Origin: Candidatus Bathyarchaeota archaeon
GTDB taxonomy: Archaea; Thermoproteota; Bathyarchaeia; Bathyarchaeales; Bathycorpusculaceae
Reading direction: 5' to 3'
DNA length: 64,000 bases
NCBI GenBank assembly: GCA_963733095.1
Contig: CAVTBV010000007.1
Location: 109,665-173,664 of the forward strand
The translations under genes and the position numbers were made by a program. Within the stretch, counting starts at the first letter, position 1, and every line of letters begins with the position of its first letter. Shown in pieces: positions 46,829 through 57,597 of the stretch. The notes beneath the pieces were generated by a model, which was not told the DNA's origin, did no database searches, and was given only the letters and a program-made list of their open reading frames with translations.

Positions 46829-47428
46829 TTGTACTCCTTTCCATTAGGCAATGACCCCAAAAAAACGAGCCCAGACATACCAAAATCAGCAATTGCCTAC
46901 CAACAGATAGAGACGATAAGGATTGACACTGACACACACACATATCCGCAAGTGGAAGAGGTTCGAGTGGACATGGCAGGAATGAAAGTGGAAAGCAAAC
47001 CAGTTGAGCTACTAACAAGTGTTGGATCATGCGTAGCAATCTGCGTTTACGACTCCATACACAGATGTGGGGGGTTAGCTCACATTATGCTTCCACGCTC
47101 CAGCTTTGGACCACAAGAACCTCTTCCATCAAAATATGCAGACACAGCAGTTCCAGCCCTCGCAAAAACAATAAGGAAAATTACAAAAACGCAAACTCGC
47201 CTTTCAGCCAAAATCGCAGGCGGCGCTAACATGTTTCAAAACAGTGATGCAAACAGACTAAACATAGGCACAAAAAATGTTAACGCAGTAAAAGCCGCCT
47301 TAACACAGAATAAGATACGGCTCGTAGGCGAAGATGTAGGCGGATGCCATGGAAGAAGAGTATCCTTCAACATCGCCTCAGGCATCACACTTGTTCGTCT
47401 TCACAGCGGAGAGATCAAAAAGCTATGA
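46829..47428 (+). CDS. cheD: Chemoreceptor glutamine deamidase CheD
   Basis: VGSCVAI, GLAHIMLP, KYADTA, AKIAGGANMF, EDVGG..GR. Confidence 0.92.
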   Translation: MYSFPLGNDPKKTSPDIPKSAIAYQQIETIRIDTDTHTYPQVEEVRVDMAGMKVESKPVELLTSVGSCVAICVYDSIHRCGGLAHIMLPRSSFGPQEPLPSKYADTAVPALAKTIRKITKTQTRLSAKIAGGANMFQNSDANRLNIGTKNVNAVKAALTQNKIRLVGEDVGGCHGRRVSFNIASGITLVRLHSGEIKKL

Positions 47429-48090
47429 ACAACGAAATCTCTGAAAACTTGCCACAAAAAAATCGCTTAGACGCTTACAAAAGCTTGGATAAACAAAAAA
47501 TTGATTTAAGCATCCTTCTGGAGCTTGGAAGCATCGGGGCAAGTCATGCAGCCAAATCCTTATCGGATGTTCTTCAGCAACCAATAACAATCGATGTTCC
47601 CCAAATTCACACGCTCAAACCACATTTAATACCCAAATTCTACAACCTGCACGAGTTGCCAACAGCCGCCATTTACCTCCAACTTACCGGAATGTACAGT
47701 GGCGACATGCTGTTAATGTTCGAACCAATTGAAGGCAAAAAAATTGCGGCAATGATGTCAATGGTATCCTCGATTGAAGAGCTTGATCCAACTATGGAAA
47801 TATCAGCTTTGCAGGAGCTTGCAAACATCTTGATCGGGTCTTTCTTAACTTCAATTTCTGATTTAATTGGAATAGTGCTTCTTCCAACAACTCCCGAAAC
47901 CGTGATTGATACGTTTGATGCTATTATTGATAATTTTCTGATTAAGCAATCTATGACTTCGGATAGTGCTATGGTTTTTGAAATCAGGTTTAAGCGCAAT
48001 GGCGGGGATGCAAATTCGATATTGATGATTTTTCCAAGTGAAGAACTCAAAGATTTGCTTATTAAATCCAAAGATCTCATCGAGGCATAA
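47425..48090 (+). CDS. cheC: CheY-P phosphatase CheC
   Basis: ELGSIGASHAA and SALQELANIL; ATGA overlap with cheD. Confidence 0.9.
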   Translation: MNNEISENLPQKNRLDAYKSLDKQKIDLSILLELGSIGASHAAKSLSDVLQQPITIDVPQIHTLKPHLIPKFYNLHELPTAAIYLQLTGMYSGDMLLMFEPIEGKKIAAMMSMVSSIEELDPTMEISALQELANILIGSFLTSISDLIGIVLLPTTPETVIDTFDAIIDNFLIKQSMTSDSAMVFEIRFKRNGGDANSILMIFPSEELKDLLIKSKDLIEA

Positions 48091-48145
48091 ACATGCAGCT
48101 AACTGCATTCTGCATAACTTCGAGTAGGACTGGACTTGAGAATTT

Positions 48146-48991
48146 TTGGTAGAACAAGTTAAGACTGAATCTCTTCAGGAATTTCTTGAGAAAACAGCCT
48201 TCCAAAAAATTAAACGTTTACTGCAGGAAAACGCTGGATTAAATTGTTCGGGTTATCGCGATGAATATCTGAAGAGGCGCTTTGAAATCCGTTTGCGGGC
48301 AACTGGCTCGAGCACTTACGGTAGCTATATAGTTTATCTGAGAAAGAACTCCGGAGAAATCGAGAATCTTCTAAATGATTTAACAGTCAATTACACGACT
48401 TTCTTTAGAGATGCCGACGTTTACAGGTATCTTGAAAAGGTTCTGCTTCCAAAACTCTTCCAAGCAAATAATCATGTTAGGATCTGGAGCGCTGGATGCG
48501 CTAGTGGAGAGGAACCGTATTCTTTGGCGATTTTAATTCATAAAATTCTCGAAAGAAATACCAGTAATTTCCCAGTAACTATCTTTGCCTCAGACATCGA
48601 CAAAGGCGCCTTGTCCAAAGCCAAACAGGGAGAATACCAGCAAAGACAATTAGGATTTATGAACCAGTTCACAATCGACCAATTCTTCACAAAAAAAGAA
48701 GGATATTACAGAGTAAATGATTTTGTTAGGCGGATTGTCCGTTTTGAACAATTCGACTTAATGCAACCAACAATACACCAGAACTTGGACCTTATTCTCT
48801 GCAGAAATGTGATGATTTACTTTTCAAAAGAAGGTCAACAAAAGATTCACATGGGCTTCTATAACTCTTTGAAAGACGGTGGATATTTTATTGCGGGGAA
48901 GTCTGAAATCTTATCCGGGGAACCTTACCAAAGGTTTGTCTCAGTGGATAATCAGGCTCGAGTGTACCAAAAGCCAACAAAGGCGGGATAG
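48146..48991 (+). CDS. cheR: Chemotaxis methyltransferase CheR
   Basis: TVNYTTFFRD, IWSAGCASGEEPYS, LCRNVMIYF. Confidence 0.95.
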   Translation: MVEQVKTESLQEFLEKTAFQKIKRLLQENAGLNCSGYRDEYLKRRFEIRLRATGSSTYGSYIVYLRKNSGEIENLLNDLTVNYTTFFRDADVYRYLEKVLLPKLFQANNHVRIWSAGCASGEEPYSLAILIHKILERNTSNFPVTIFASDIDKGALSKAKQGEYQQRQLGFMNQFTIDQFFTKKEGYYRVNDFVRRIVRFEQFDLMQPTIHQNLDLILCRNVMIYFSKEGQQKIHMGFYNSLKDGGYFIAGKSEILSGEPYQRFVSVDNQARVYQKPTKAG

Positions 48992-49186
48992 CCGATAAAT
49001 CGGGTTATACTTGATTTTTAATATTTTATTAGCTGCCAATCATCAATACTAACCTACCCACTCTACCTTCTACAGTTTCTTCACGGAACCACTATTAGAC
49101 TTTCAATGCGACATCACTCGTTGAAGGTGCAATTTATATCTAAAACCAAGCTAACAATAAGCAAACAAGTTGCAAGGTTGTTTCGC

Positions 49187-50377
49187 ATGGAAAAGTTTCG
49201 GTTAGCCGTCTTTAACACTCAGCCGCCTCAATTGTTTTTCGGGGGTGTTGAGCGTCGCATAATTGAAACGACCAAGCGCCTGCAACCCCAAGCTGACATT
49301 TCCATTTACAGTGGCACCAAAGCAGGCTTCAAGGAACCCGCCACAATCAATGCCATAAATTTTGTTCCATGCTACTCAACCGACCGAATTTTTCCGTTAG
49401 ATAACTGGTTTTTTAACCGCAGCCTAACCAAAAAAGCGGCAAACCTTAACGCTGATATTTTTGAGGCACATGCGGTAAGCGGCTATGGATTCCCAAAAAC
49501 GCTCAAGAAACTTGGAATTAACAAGCCGTTCGTGCACACAATACATGGCGTTCTCGCAGACGAGTACGAACAGGCAAAGAAAAACGGTTACCCCTCGTTT
49601 AGGGACAGGATTGCAAACTATTTCATGCATAGACTCGCCGAGTTGGAAAAGAAAACAGCAAAAGATGCCTCTTTAGTTGTTACTATAAGCAATTATTCCC
49701 TTGAAAAAATTCAGCAGCACTATGATGTTGACGTAAGCAAGGTTCGGATTGTTCCAAACGGCGTAGACATAGAAAAATTCAAGCCAACAGAGAACGCAAC
49801 TGCAATTAAGCAGAGGTTTGGATTAGGCAGTGAGCCATGTGTGCTTTTTGTGGGCAGTTTAATTCCTCGGAAGGGACTGCCCATTCTGATTGAAGCGGCA
49901 AAAAAAATAGTCAAACAAAAATCGGACACAAAGTTTCTAATCGTTGGGGAAGGACCATTAAGACCTCAATTGACCTTATCTCTTGAATCAGCCAATCTTT
50001 CTGGAAACTTTCGGTTTTTAGGTAACCTTAAAGATGATGTTCTTATAGCAGTGTACAATTGTTCGGACGTGTTTGTTTTGCCGTCGATTCAGGAGGGGCA
50101 GGGAATTGTTTTGCTTGAAGCTCAGGCGTCAGGTAAGCCCATTGTTGGTTTTGATGTTGGCGGGATCAACGAAGCTGTACGTAGCGGTGAAACGGGTTTG
50201 CTGGTTAACCGTGGCAGTAGCGACGAGTTGGCGAATGCTTTGCTGCGTTTTCTTTCCGATAAGTCTTTGAGGGAAAAGATGGGTGCTAATGGTCGCAGGT
50301 TTGTAGCTGAGAACTTTACTTGGGATATTTGTGCTCAAAAGATGCTTAAAGTTTACCGCGAAGCTTTAGGCAACTGA
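49187..50377 (+). CDS. Glycosyltransferase family 4
   Basis: GGVE, HTIHG, VPNGVD, RKG, EGQGIVLLEAQASG. Confidence 0.92.
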   Translation: MEKFRLAVFNTQPPQLFFGGVERRIIETTKRLQPQADISIYSGTKAGFKEPATINAINFVPCYSTDRIFPLDNWFFNRSLTKKAANLNADIFEAHAVSGYGFPKTLKKLGINKPFVHTIHGVLADEYEQAKKNGYPSFRDRIANYFMHRLAELEKKTAKDASLVVTISNYSLEKIQQHYDVDVSKVRIVPNGVDIEKFKPTENATAIKQRFGLGSEPCVLFVGSLIPRKGLPILIEAAKKIVKQKSDTKFLIVGEGPLRPQLTLSLESANLSGNFRFLGNLKDDVLIAVYNCSDVFVLPSIQEGQGIVLLEAQASGKPIVGFDVGGINEAVRSGETGLLVNRGSSDELANALLRFLSDKSLREKMGANGRRFVAENFTWDICAQKMLKVYREALGN

Positions 50378-50893
50378 AACGCTCACTGACCTCGCCAACC
50401 GCTTAAAATCATCCTCGCCCATCCACTCTGTCCAAAGGTAACAGCGGATTCTCTCCTCGCTCAAACCCAACCGCCTTGCCTCTTGAATGCAGTACCGATA
50501 AGCCTCAATCTCAGTGGGTCTATCTACATACTCATAACGTGGGTCGAAGAGTTCTTTGCCCTCCATAAACTGCTTAACGTGACAGAGTTCATGGATAAGG
50601 TCTAGGTAAATGTCGGTTTTGTTGCCGCTGTTGAGGTAGCCTTTGCTTATCACAAGGTGCCCGTCGGAGCCATCCACATACATATAACCCATTACCCAGC
50701 TAATCTCTACAGTTAGGTGGCTTAGAACCTCATCAGTTTTTTCACCAAAAATGCCTCGAACAGCATCGACTTTTTGAAAGCCTTTAAAGTACTCTGAGAA
50801 AATTACTTTTTGATTTCCAATGCCCAGTATATTGAAGGGAAGCTTTCTAAACAAACGCAAGATTCGAAACATCGCGTACTCTATCGCTGTCAA
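50366..50893 (-). CDS. Hypothetical HExxH zincin-like protein
   Basis: LIHELCHVKQ...Y..RPTEIEAY. Confidence 0.7.
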   Translation of the reverse strand: MTAIEYAMFRILRLFRKLPFNILGIGNQKVIFSEYFKGFQKVDAVRGIFGEKTDEVLSHLTVEISWVMGYMYVDGSDGHLVISKGYLNSGNKTDIYLDLIHELCHVKQFMEGKELFDPRYEYVDRPTEIEAYRYCIQEARRLGLSEERIRCYLWTEWMGEDDFKRLARSVSVSVA

Positions 50894-50907
50894 ATCCCTG
50901 TCTGCTC

Positions 50908-52269
50908 CTACTTGAACGTTGGAAGGTAGTCAAGTCGCATTCCCCTGTGTGCTAAGTCGGGCAGGTTTTCTACGCTGCCTATGCTGGCATCGATGTTGCG
51001 GTGGATTGGGTGGCTCCATACGCCTTCGGGTGCAAGGTTAAACTGGAGGGGAACATCCACTTTGATATGGTATTTTTCGCTTAAATTCTTAATTAATCTT
51101 CCTTCCCGACATGCTATGCGGCCAGAACGATAACTCTGCAGTAATTGTGGAGCTGCAAATGCGCCTACGCCATGCCAGATTGCTGCGTCTTCGGGAGAAC
51201 CAATCGAGTAGAGGAAGAATTGGGGGGAAGAAGGGGTTTCAGCGAAACTGTAATCGGAAAGTTTTTCGCCAGGAACTGTGAAGCTGTCGTCGCATACTGC
51301 AACAGCTATGTCTTGAGGATCAATGGCGTTTGGGTATAACAGGGTGGTTTTATATTTGACGACTGCCTCGAGTAGTCTGCCGTCTTCAAAGTGCAATTTT
51401 CCTCGGGCGGCTCGTTTGGAACCAAAGCCCTTCGTAGAATGCGGCACCGTCAACAGAGTTGTCCGGTTTTTCATACTGCGCCCCATGCAATTGTACGCCT
51501 CCTCTATAGACGCGTAATCTTGGTTACTTTCTCGGATAATGTAATGCAGTAAGCCATCTTTATTCTCGGTCTGCAAGGTTGAAAGTGGCATACGCAATGT
51601 GTAAAGTGCCAGGTCCATTCCAAAGAATACTGACAAGTCTTTTATCTGACTGTATTTGATGCAGTCAACTAGATCAAGGTATGAATCATTGCTTTCCTCA
51701 AGGCTTTCCGTTATAAGCGTGGCTTCTTTTCGAGATATTAAGCTACCATCGTATTTTTTGAGGTATGCTTCATCGATTTTAAGTTGTTCGGTTTTGATGT
51801 TGGCTACGGGATAGGCGCTTTGTCCACTGTCCACTATGGATTGTCTGAGCGGATTCATTGAGTAACGGTCTGCCTCCACATCATCCGTGTTTAAAAGAAA
51901 GGGCACGATGTAGCCTTGCGGTGGTTTTTTTAGCAACTCTTCAATCGCAACAATGTCGGCGTCGTCAGGCTGACGTAAACCATTCGTGTAGAAATAGTTT
52001 GCGCAGGTTTCAAGCAACCGCGTTCCAACGATTCCTTGAACTTCCTCAACCGTTAACTGAGGATTGGTGTATTCGACCGAGGCGCGAAGGTAAAACCGTT
52101 CGTCGGAGAAGGGTACAGAAACTTTTATTCCATCAATACACCGAAACAACGTAACCTTACGGTTGTTATTCTGTCCCTTTAAGGCAACTGCGCCTTCAAC
52201 CAAAACCTTAACTGTTGAAAAAGAAGTGTTCAAAAAATCCTCAAGCAAAATTCTACAGTAATCTTCCAT
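50908..52269 (-). CDS. Hypothetical protein (453 aa)
   Basis: Long ORF packed between GNAT and HExxH genes; no recognised motif. Confidence 0.75.
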   Translation of the reverse strand: MEDYCRILLEDFLNTSFSTVKVLVEGAVALKGQNNNRKVTLFRCIDGIKVSVPFSDERFYLRASVEYTNPQLTVEEVQGIVGTRLLETCANYFYTNGLRQPDDADIVAIEELLKKPPQGYIVPFLLNTDDVEADRYSMNPLRQSIVDSGQSAYPVANIKTEQLKIDEAYLKKYDGSLISRKEATLITESLEESNDSYLDLVDCIKYSQIKDLSVFFGMDLALYTLRMPLSTLQTENKDGLLHYIIRESNQDYASIEEAYNCMGRSMKNRTTLLTVPHSTKGFGSKRAARGKLHFEDGRLLEAVVKYKTTLLYPNAIDPQDIAVAVCDDSFTVPGEKLSDYSFAETPSSPQFFLYSIGSPEDAAIWHGVGAFAAPQLLQSYRSGRIACREGRLIKNLSEKYHIKVDVPLQFNLAPEGVWSHPIHRNIDASIGSVENLPDLAHRGMRLDYLPTFK

Positions 52270-52272
52270 AAA

Positions 52273-53112
52273 TTATCCACGTTCTAGAGATTCAGCCAAG
52301 TATATACAATTTCTTGCTTTAACGGGACCAAAAAACATGCGAACAACCGTAAAATCTTCTTGGAATCCAACGGTAGCAAATATTTGTTGGAGAAAAGTCT
52401 CTTTTTTTGGGAGCGCAACGTAAATACTTTGACCAGTTAATTTAGTGAGAGCCGCCTTAACCAACGTAACCGCAGCGTCAAGGTTGCCTTCTTGGCAAGT
52501 TAAGGGTCCAATCCAAGCCATTGTCGGGTAAACCGTAGCTGCCACATACCCAACAACTTGGTTTCCTTTAGAGATGTAAAAGCCCAAGTTACTATCTTCA
52601 AGAAGGATGGCTTCGAGCAATTTTGTTCGGTCGCCGCCAAAACATTCTCCGTCAAACTTGGCTATGGTTTGGAAGTTTTGTTTCCTTATTTTGGGCAGCG
52701 TTACCTTGGGTAAACTATTAAGGGTTGGCGCATACAAAACAGCGAAAGCCTCGTCTGTTTTAAAGCCCAAGTGCCCATAGAAATCAAGCAGGTTGGGGTA
52801 AGCATAGAGCCCAATGGTTTCCACGCCTTTGCCCTGCAGATAATCAATCGCATACTTAACAAGTAAACAACCTGCGCCTTTATGGCGGATTTCTTCTTTG
52901 ATTATGAGGTTTCCAAACCAGCCTACTTTTCCGTAGCTGATGCATGTTGCAATTCCCAGGGCTGTTGAACCTTCAAAAAGCACAAAGCAGCCACTGGGTT
53001 CCAGTTGAGCAATGAATTGGAAATCCTCAATGGCCATGTTCCAGTTCATGGTATTTGCTAATTCGGTTGCAAAAGAGAAGTCTTCAGGGCGCATGAGCTT
53101 TACTTGGAACAT
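52273..53112 (-). CDS. Tandem-GNAT N-acetyltransferase
   Basis: GWFGNLIIKEEIRHKGAG, FYGHLGF, second domain WIGPL. Confidence 0.85.
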   Translation of the reverse strand: MFQVKLMRPEDFSFATELANTMNWNMAIEDFQFIAQLEPSGCFVLFEGSTALGIATCISYGKVGWFGNLIIKEEIRHKGAGCLLVKYAIDYLQGKGVETIGLYAYPNLLDFYGHLGFKTDEAFAVLYAPTLNSLPKVTLPKIRKQNFQTIAKFDGECFGGDRTKLLEAILLEDSNLGFYISKGNQVVGYVAATVYPTMAWIGPLTCQEGNLDAAVTLVKAALTKLTGQSIYVALPKKETFLQQIFATVGFQEDFTVVRMFFGPVKARNCIYLAESLERG

Positions 53113-53247
53113 ACAACTAAAGTGTAGAGTGGTCCTGCAATTAAGTTTGTTTATTAGATAGCCTATCAAAACCTTTATTTTCCAAAGTAACCCATTAAGC
53201 ATGATTGTTTTTTGAGGGCACAACTTTTGTTTTGAGTTTTATAATGG

Positions 53248-54039
53248 GTGAATGTATTAGTGATCGCAAGATTAAGAAAAATTAGAAGACGCTTTGTTGT
53301 CCTACTTGTAGTTTGGATAGTCTTGCTATTGGTTACGGTGTCTCTTTTATCTGCTCTTGAGACTTTTTTTAATAATAATCCTGAAGGTCGAACCATCGTG
53401 AGCTTAAGTTGGGCTGGCTACATCGTTTCTCAAGGGTTCAACACCAAGCTTGAAATCACAGCCATCAAGGGGTCGTGGACAGTTCCACAAGTTAATGCTA
53501 CTTTAGGGGACGGCTATTCCTCGACGTGGATTGGAATTGGAGGACAATCGGATAAAACCTTAATACAGGTTGGAACGGAACAGGATGCATCGGCGGGAGG
53601 GAATACGTACTATGCATGGTACGAACTGCTGCCAAGTTATTCTGTTGAGATAAAAGGGTTAATAGTAACGCCTGGAGATACAATTGTTGCCTCCCTCACT
53701 TTGGTAAAGCCAAACGCAAACTTATGGAATATTCAGTTAAGCGACACCACAAACGGGCAAACCTTCGCCTTAAACGTCAACTACAACAGCACACAATCTT
53801 CGGGAGAATGGATTTTAGAAAGACCAACCGTAAAAAACCAAATTAGCTCACTGTGCGATTTCGGAACCGTTTCATTCTTCAACTGTCAAATAAACATGAA
53901 CATCGATGGCGGTCCAATTAGCAACTTTACGTACTCTGAAATACAGATGACAAACCAGCAAGTTGCAACATTAGCGTCTGTTTCGTCGCTTGGCCCAGAC
54001 GGTTCAAGCTTTGACGTGAGTTACGTTGCTGGCAGCTAA
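53248..54039 (+). CDS. G1 (eqolisin) family glutamic peptidase, membrane-anchored
   Basis: SWAGY, GSWTVP, TWIGIGG, LIQVGTEQ, YAWYE, SGEWILERP; N-terminal TM. Confidence 0.85.
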   Translation: MNVLVIARLRKIRRRFVVLLVVWIVLLLVTVSLLSALETFFNNNPEGRTIVSLSWAGYIVSQGFNTKLEITAIKGSWTVPQVNATLGDGYSSTWIGIGGQSDKTLIQVGTEQDASAGGNTYYAWYELLPSYSVEIKGLIVTPGDTIVASLTLVKPNANLWNIQLSDTTNGQTFALNVNYNSTQSSGEWILERPTVKNQISSLCDFGTVSFFNCQINMNIDGGPISNFTYSEIQMTNQQVATLASVSSLGPDGSSFDVSYVAGS

Positions 54040-54048
54040 AAAAAATGG

Positions 54049-54579
54049 TTATTGGCCAGCGGACATAGCCGCTGAAAGAGCCTCGGAACTTTTCTGTATT
54101 TCTTTGGTAACGGTTGAGAGCGTTTTGATTCGGTTCTCGAGTTTGCGTTTTTGCATGGAGGTCAAGCTTTTAAATTTTGGTACAACATCGCTGACAACTG
54201 CCATCATTAGATCGCGGTTCTTTTCTTCACTTAGGTCTTGGAGTTCCAGGTGGTTATCTAAAAACTGTAGCATTAAGTGTCCAGTTGGATCAATGTACGC
54301 GTGAACTACATCGCCAACTTCGGTTGGAAGAGCCATTTGATTTACAACGATTGAGGGCGCTAGCGGCTGCATGAGTTTAAAGAGAGAAGAGAAGAATTGT
54401 GATACCAAGATTTTTTCTTCTGAGCTAAGCTCGCTTATCTGTCCAATGTCGTCTGCAGTGCTTTTTAGGGATTCAACGAGTTCTTGAATAGAGATCTCGC
54501 TTTTCCTTTCAGGTTTTTTAAGTTCCTGAGAAACAGAGAGTTCTACAGGTTCTGGTTTAACTACTGCTTCTTGAGTCAA
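54049..54579 (-). CDS. Hypothetical protein downstream of the MCP
   Basis: 176-aa ORF with coiled-coil ends. Confidence 0.65.
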   Translation of the reverse strand: MTQEAVVKPEPVELSVSQELKKPERKSEISIQELVESLKSTADDIGQISELSSEEKILVSQFFSSLFKLMQPLAPSIVVNQMALPTEVGDVVHAYIDPTGHLMLQFLDNHLELQDLSEEKNRDLMMAVVSDVVPKFKSLTSMQKRKLENRIKTLSTVTKEIQKSSEALSAAMSAGQ

Positions 54580-54762
54580 TGTTGATCAAAAGGGTAGTGC
54601 GGTTTGGATAAAGAAAAGGGCTTGTATGTCTTAAAAGTTACAGACACAAAAGGGCAGGGTTCAGTGCGCTGCAAGTCAGCGTATTCCCCATGAGCAATAA
54701 GATTGTGCGGGAAACGTAAAAATAGCGAAAACCAAAAAATTAAAAAATTGAAAATGCGGCGG

Positions 54763-56241
54763 TTAGTTGCTTGCGTTTTTTTCTATATAAGAAGTAAGCA
54801 ACTTTGTCCGCTGATTGATGAGTTCTTCAAGTTCAGTCTTTATTTTTTCTGTTGCAACCGCCAAAGCTGTAGCTTCAGTGACAACTGTGTTAGAGTTATT
54901 TCCCACAGTTTCAGCTTCATTTAGTATTTCCTTAGCTGAATTCTCAACTTTTGCTGCGTCGTCAACAACGCCAAAAGCAAGCCGTGCCATCTCTTTTGCT
55001 TCGCCCACAACATTCTTTGTAACTTGCTCTACCTGTTCTGAAGTTACGGAAACATCTTTAGCGATTGCAGCCATCTGTTCTGAAGCTGCCGTTTGTTCTT
55101 CAACTGCTGATGAAGCTTCTTCTGATGCAGATGAGCTTTCTTCGGCTATACTTGCTACTTCATCGATTGTCTTTACGACGGAACTCAATGCTTCAAGCCC
55201 GCGTTCTACTCCGCTTGCGAGATTGCTGACTTTGCCCGTCATTTCACCCATAATTTTTGCGATTCCTTCGGACTCTTTTATGGCACCTAAAACTACGTTT
55301 GCACCTTCAGCGGCGCCAACTTGGGATTGCTGGCTAATGTTGCTTGTTTGGATTCCAGCTTCTTTGATTCCTTTTACGAGGTTAATGGCGGATCCGGCTG
55401 CTACTTTAGATTGCCCAGCTAAACCTTTCACGGCGTCCGCGACAACAGCAAATCCCCTTCCTGCTTCTCCGGCTCGGGCGGCTTCGATTGCAGCATTCAA
55501 CGCAAGCATGTTTGTTTGCCCAGCTATGTCTGAAACGGAGTTTGCCATTTGTCCGACTTGGTCAACTGAATTTACCATAGAGGTTACGGCGTCGGAGACG
55601 CGGGTGATGTTGCTTTTGATATTTTCGATGGCAACAAGTCCTTTCTGGCCTTTCTCGTTGGCTTCCTTTGACTTCTTCAAGGCATCTTCCGTTACGGTTG
55701 ATGCTTCTCGGGCAATTACTCCAGCTTCATCCATGACTTTCTTTAGGGCTTCTGAGTTTCGGGCAGCATTTTGGGATAAATCAGCCAACTTCTGCGCCCC
55801 AACGGACACTTGCTGAGAGGCACTGCTGACCTGTTGCATACCTATAGCCATTTGGTTGGATACGTTTGCTGCTTCTTTACCCATTTCAACAATTTTTGCA
55901 GTGGATTTTGTTGCGCCGTCTGCGTTTGCAGCGACTTTGTTGGCGACTTCTTCAACGTTCTTTGCGTTTATCGTGACTTTTCCAACTATGTCTGATGTTC
56001 CCATGGCTAATTTTGCGACTTTACGTGCAGAAGTCTCAGCTTGGAATGCAAGGTCGGCGGCTATCGCTGCTTTTTGGATTGGGTAATCAGTTTCCGAATA
56101 AATTTTTTCGGCGCTGGATATGACGTCTTTGAGTATTTGGACAATTTGGTTTTGAAGCTCTTTGTTCTCTTCAAGTAAACGTTTATTTTCTTTTTCTATT
56201 TTCTCGTATTGTTTTTCTCGCGGTTCATTAGTCAGGGCCAA
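54763..56241 (-). CDS. Soluble methyl-accepting chemotaxis protein
   Basis: [34 protein letters not shown] hairpin; EE/EQ methylation sites; no TM. Confidence 0.92.
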   Translation of the reverse strand: MALTNEPREKQYEKIEKENKRLLEENKELQNQIVQILKDVISSAEKIYSETDYPIQKAAIAADLAFQAETSARKVAKLAMGTSDIVGKVTINAKNVEEVANKVAANADGATKSTAKIVEMGKEAANVSNQMAIGMQQVSSASQQVSVGAQKLADLSQNAARNSEALKKVMDEAGVIAREASTVTEDALKKSKEANEKGQKGLVAIENIKSNITRVSDAVTSMVNSVDQVGQMANSVSDIAGQTNMLALNAAIEAARAGEAGRGFAVVADAVKGLAGQSKVAAGSAINLVKGIKEAGIQTSNISQQSQVGAAEGANVVLGAIKESEGIAKIMGEMTGKVSNLASGVERGLEALSSVVKTIDEVASIAEESSSASEEASSAVEEQTAASEQMAAIAKDVSVTSEQVEQVTKNVVGEAKEMARLAFGVVDDAAKVENSAKEILNEAETVGNNSNTVVTEATALAVATEKIKTELEELINQRTKLLTSYIEKNASN

Positions 56242-56343
56242 TACTTTCCACCAGTATTGCCTCCATTGTCTGCATTTTCGTTATAAGTAAATTATGAATT
56301 CTGCATTCTTATTCTGAATAAGAGCAAAAACAATTTTTTGGCT

Positions 56344-56967
56344 TCAATTGCAAGTCTTCATGATCTCCCGAGAAATCAGTTCTAAAGGAACAACGGTATC
56401 TACGTAGCCTGTTTGAAACGCAACTTGGGGCATGCCGAATACAACGCTTGTTTTTTCATCCTGAGCAATCGTGACGCCACCCTTCTTTTTAATTGCCCGA
56501 ATCCCCATGGCACCGTCAGCGCCCATACCCGTTAAAACTACTGCGACATTGTTTGAGCCATAAATTTCTGAGAGAGAAAACATCAAAACATCTGCCGAAG
56601 GACGAACATAGTTAACCGGAGGATCCAATGTCAAATGCACCTTTTTCTCCTTAGTTACAACCATGTGGAAGCCACCGGGAGCAACCAAAGCCAACCCCGC
56701 CTGAACTCTATCGCCCTCCTGTGCTTCTTTCACACCAAACTTGCATGAATTGTTTAATGCTTCAGCAAAATACCTTGTAATATCTTTGGGCATGTGCTGC
56801 ACAATAAAGATGGGAGGCATGTTAGAGGGAAGGGCTTGCAGTATTTGGGTAATAGCCTGTGGGCCCCCAGTGGAGGCAGCTATTGAAATAACCTTGGCGG
56901 ATACACTTCTCTGCTTCAACGGGAAATCGAGAACAGTTGCCTTAATTTTTCCCGTTGTAGTCACCAA
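56344..56967 (-). CDS. cheB: Chemotaxis methylesterase CheB, catalytic domain only
   Basis: ASTGGP, VQHMP, RPSADV, LTGMGADG; no receiver domain. Confidence 0.9.
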   Translation of the reverse strand: MVTTTGKIKATVLDFPLKQRSVSAKVISIAASTGGPQAITQILQALPSNMPPIFIVQHMPKDITRYFAEALNNSCKFGVKEAQEGDRVQAGLALVAPGGFHMVVTKEKKVHLTLDPPVNYVRPSADVLMFSLSEIYGSNNVAVVLTGMGADGAMGIRAIKKKGGVTIAQDEKTSVVFGMPQVAFQTGYVDTVVPLELISREIMKTCN

Positions 56968-56985
56968 AAACGGTAAAGGTAATGT

Positions 56986-57486
56986 TTATTGTTTGGGTTG
57001 ATTCTGCACTTGCATCTGGAAACCCCGCGACCCCTCTTTCATGTTCAGAGCATCTTTCGAAATCACTTTAAGCAGGTCAAGCAGAATTATGAGTTCCTTG
57101 TCGTGTTTGGCAATGCCGAGAACCGCCTCTGATTTGTCAACGATTAAACTATCGGGGTTTGATTCTATATCATTTTTTGGAAGCGTCAAAACCTCCATAA
57201 CTGAATCAACCATAATGCCCACAGGATGCTTGTCTTGTACAATTATCATAATTTTTGTGCTCTCGTTATTCTCGCAAACTATCCCAAAACGTTTCCTCAG
57301 ATCAATAACGGGTATAACTTCCCCGCGAAGATTCGTGACACCTCGAACATAAACGGGGGCATAGGGAACGGGAGTAACACCCTCAAAATTCTTTACTTCT
57401 CGAACTTGGCTGACTTCGACGCCGTACATAACATTGTCTAAAGAGAAGGTTAGCATTTGCATTTCTTCTCGTGCATGATTTGCCAT
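56986..57486 (-). CDS. cheW: Coupling protein CheW
   Basis: TPVPYAPVYVRGVTNLRGEVIPVIDLR, GIMVDSV. Confidence 0.93.
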   Translation of the reverse strand: MANHAREEMQMLTFSLDNVMYGVEVSQVREVKNFEGVTPVPYAPVYVRGVTNLRGEVIPVIDLRKRFGIVCENNESTKIMIIVQDKHPVGIMVDSVMEVLTLPKNDIESNPDSLIVDKSEAVLGIAKHDKELIILLDLLKVISKDALNMKEGSRGFQMQVQNQPKQ

Positions 57487-57597
57487 TCAGTTTTCCCCAT
57501 GAATGCTACGCCTATCAGTAAAAGAGTTATAAGTCGATTATGAAAAATCAGTAATTATTTAAAATTCTTATCTTTAAACTTAAAATCTGCTGAAAAG

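Noticed and set aside
54815-55816. 333-aa plus-strand ORF
   Set aside because: Antisense shadow of the Ala/Ser-rich MCP.
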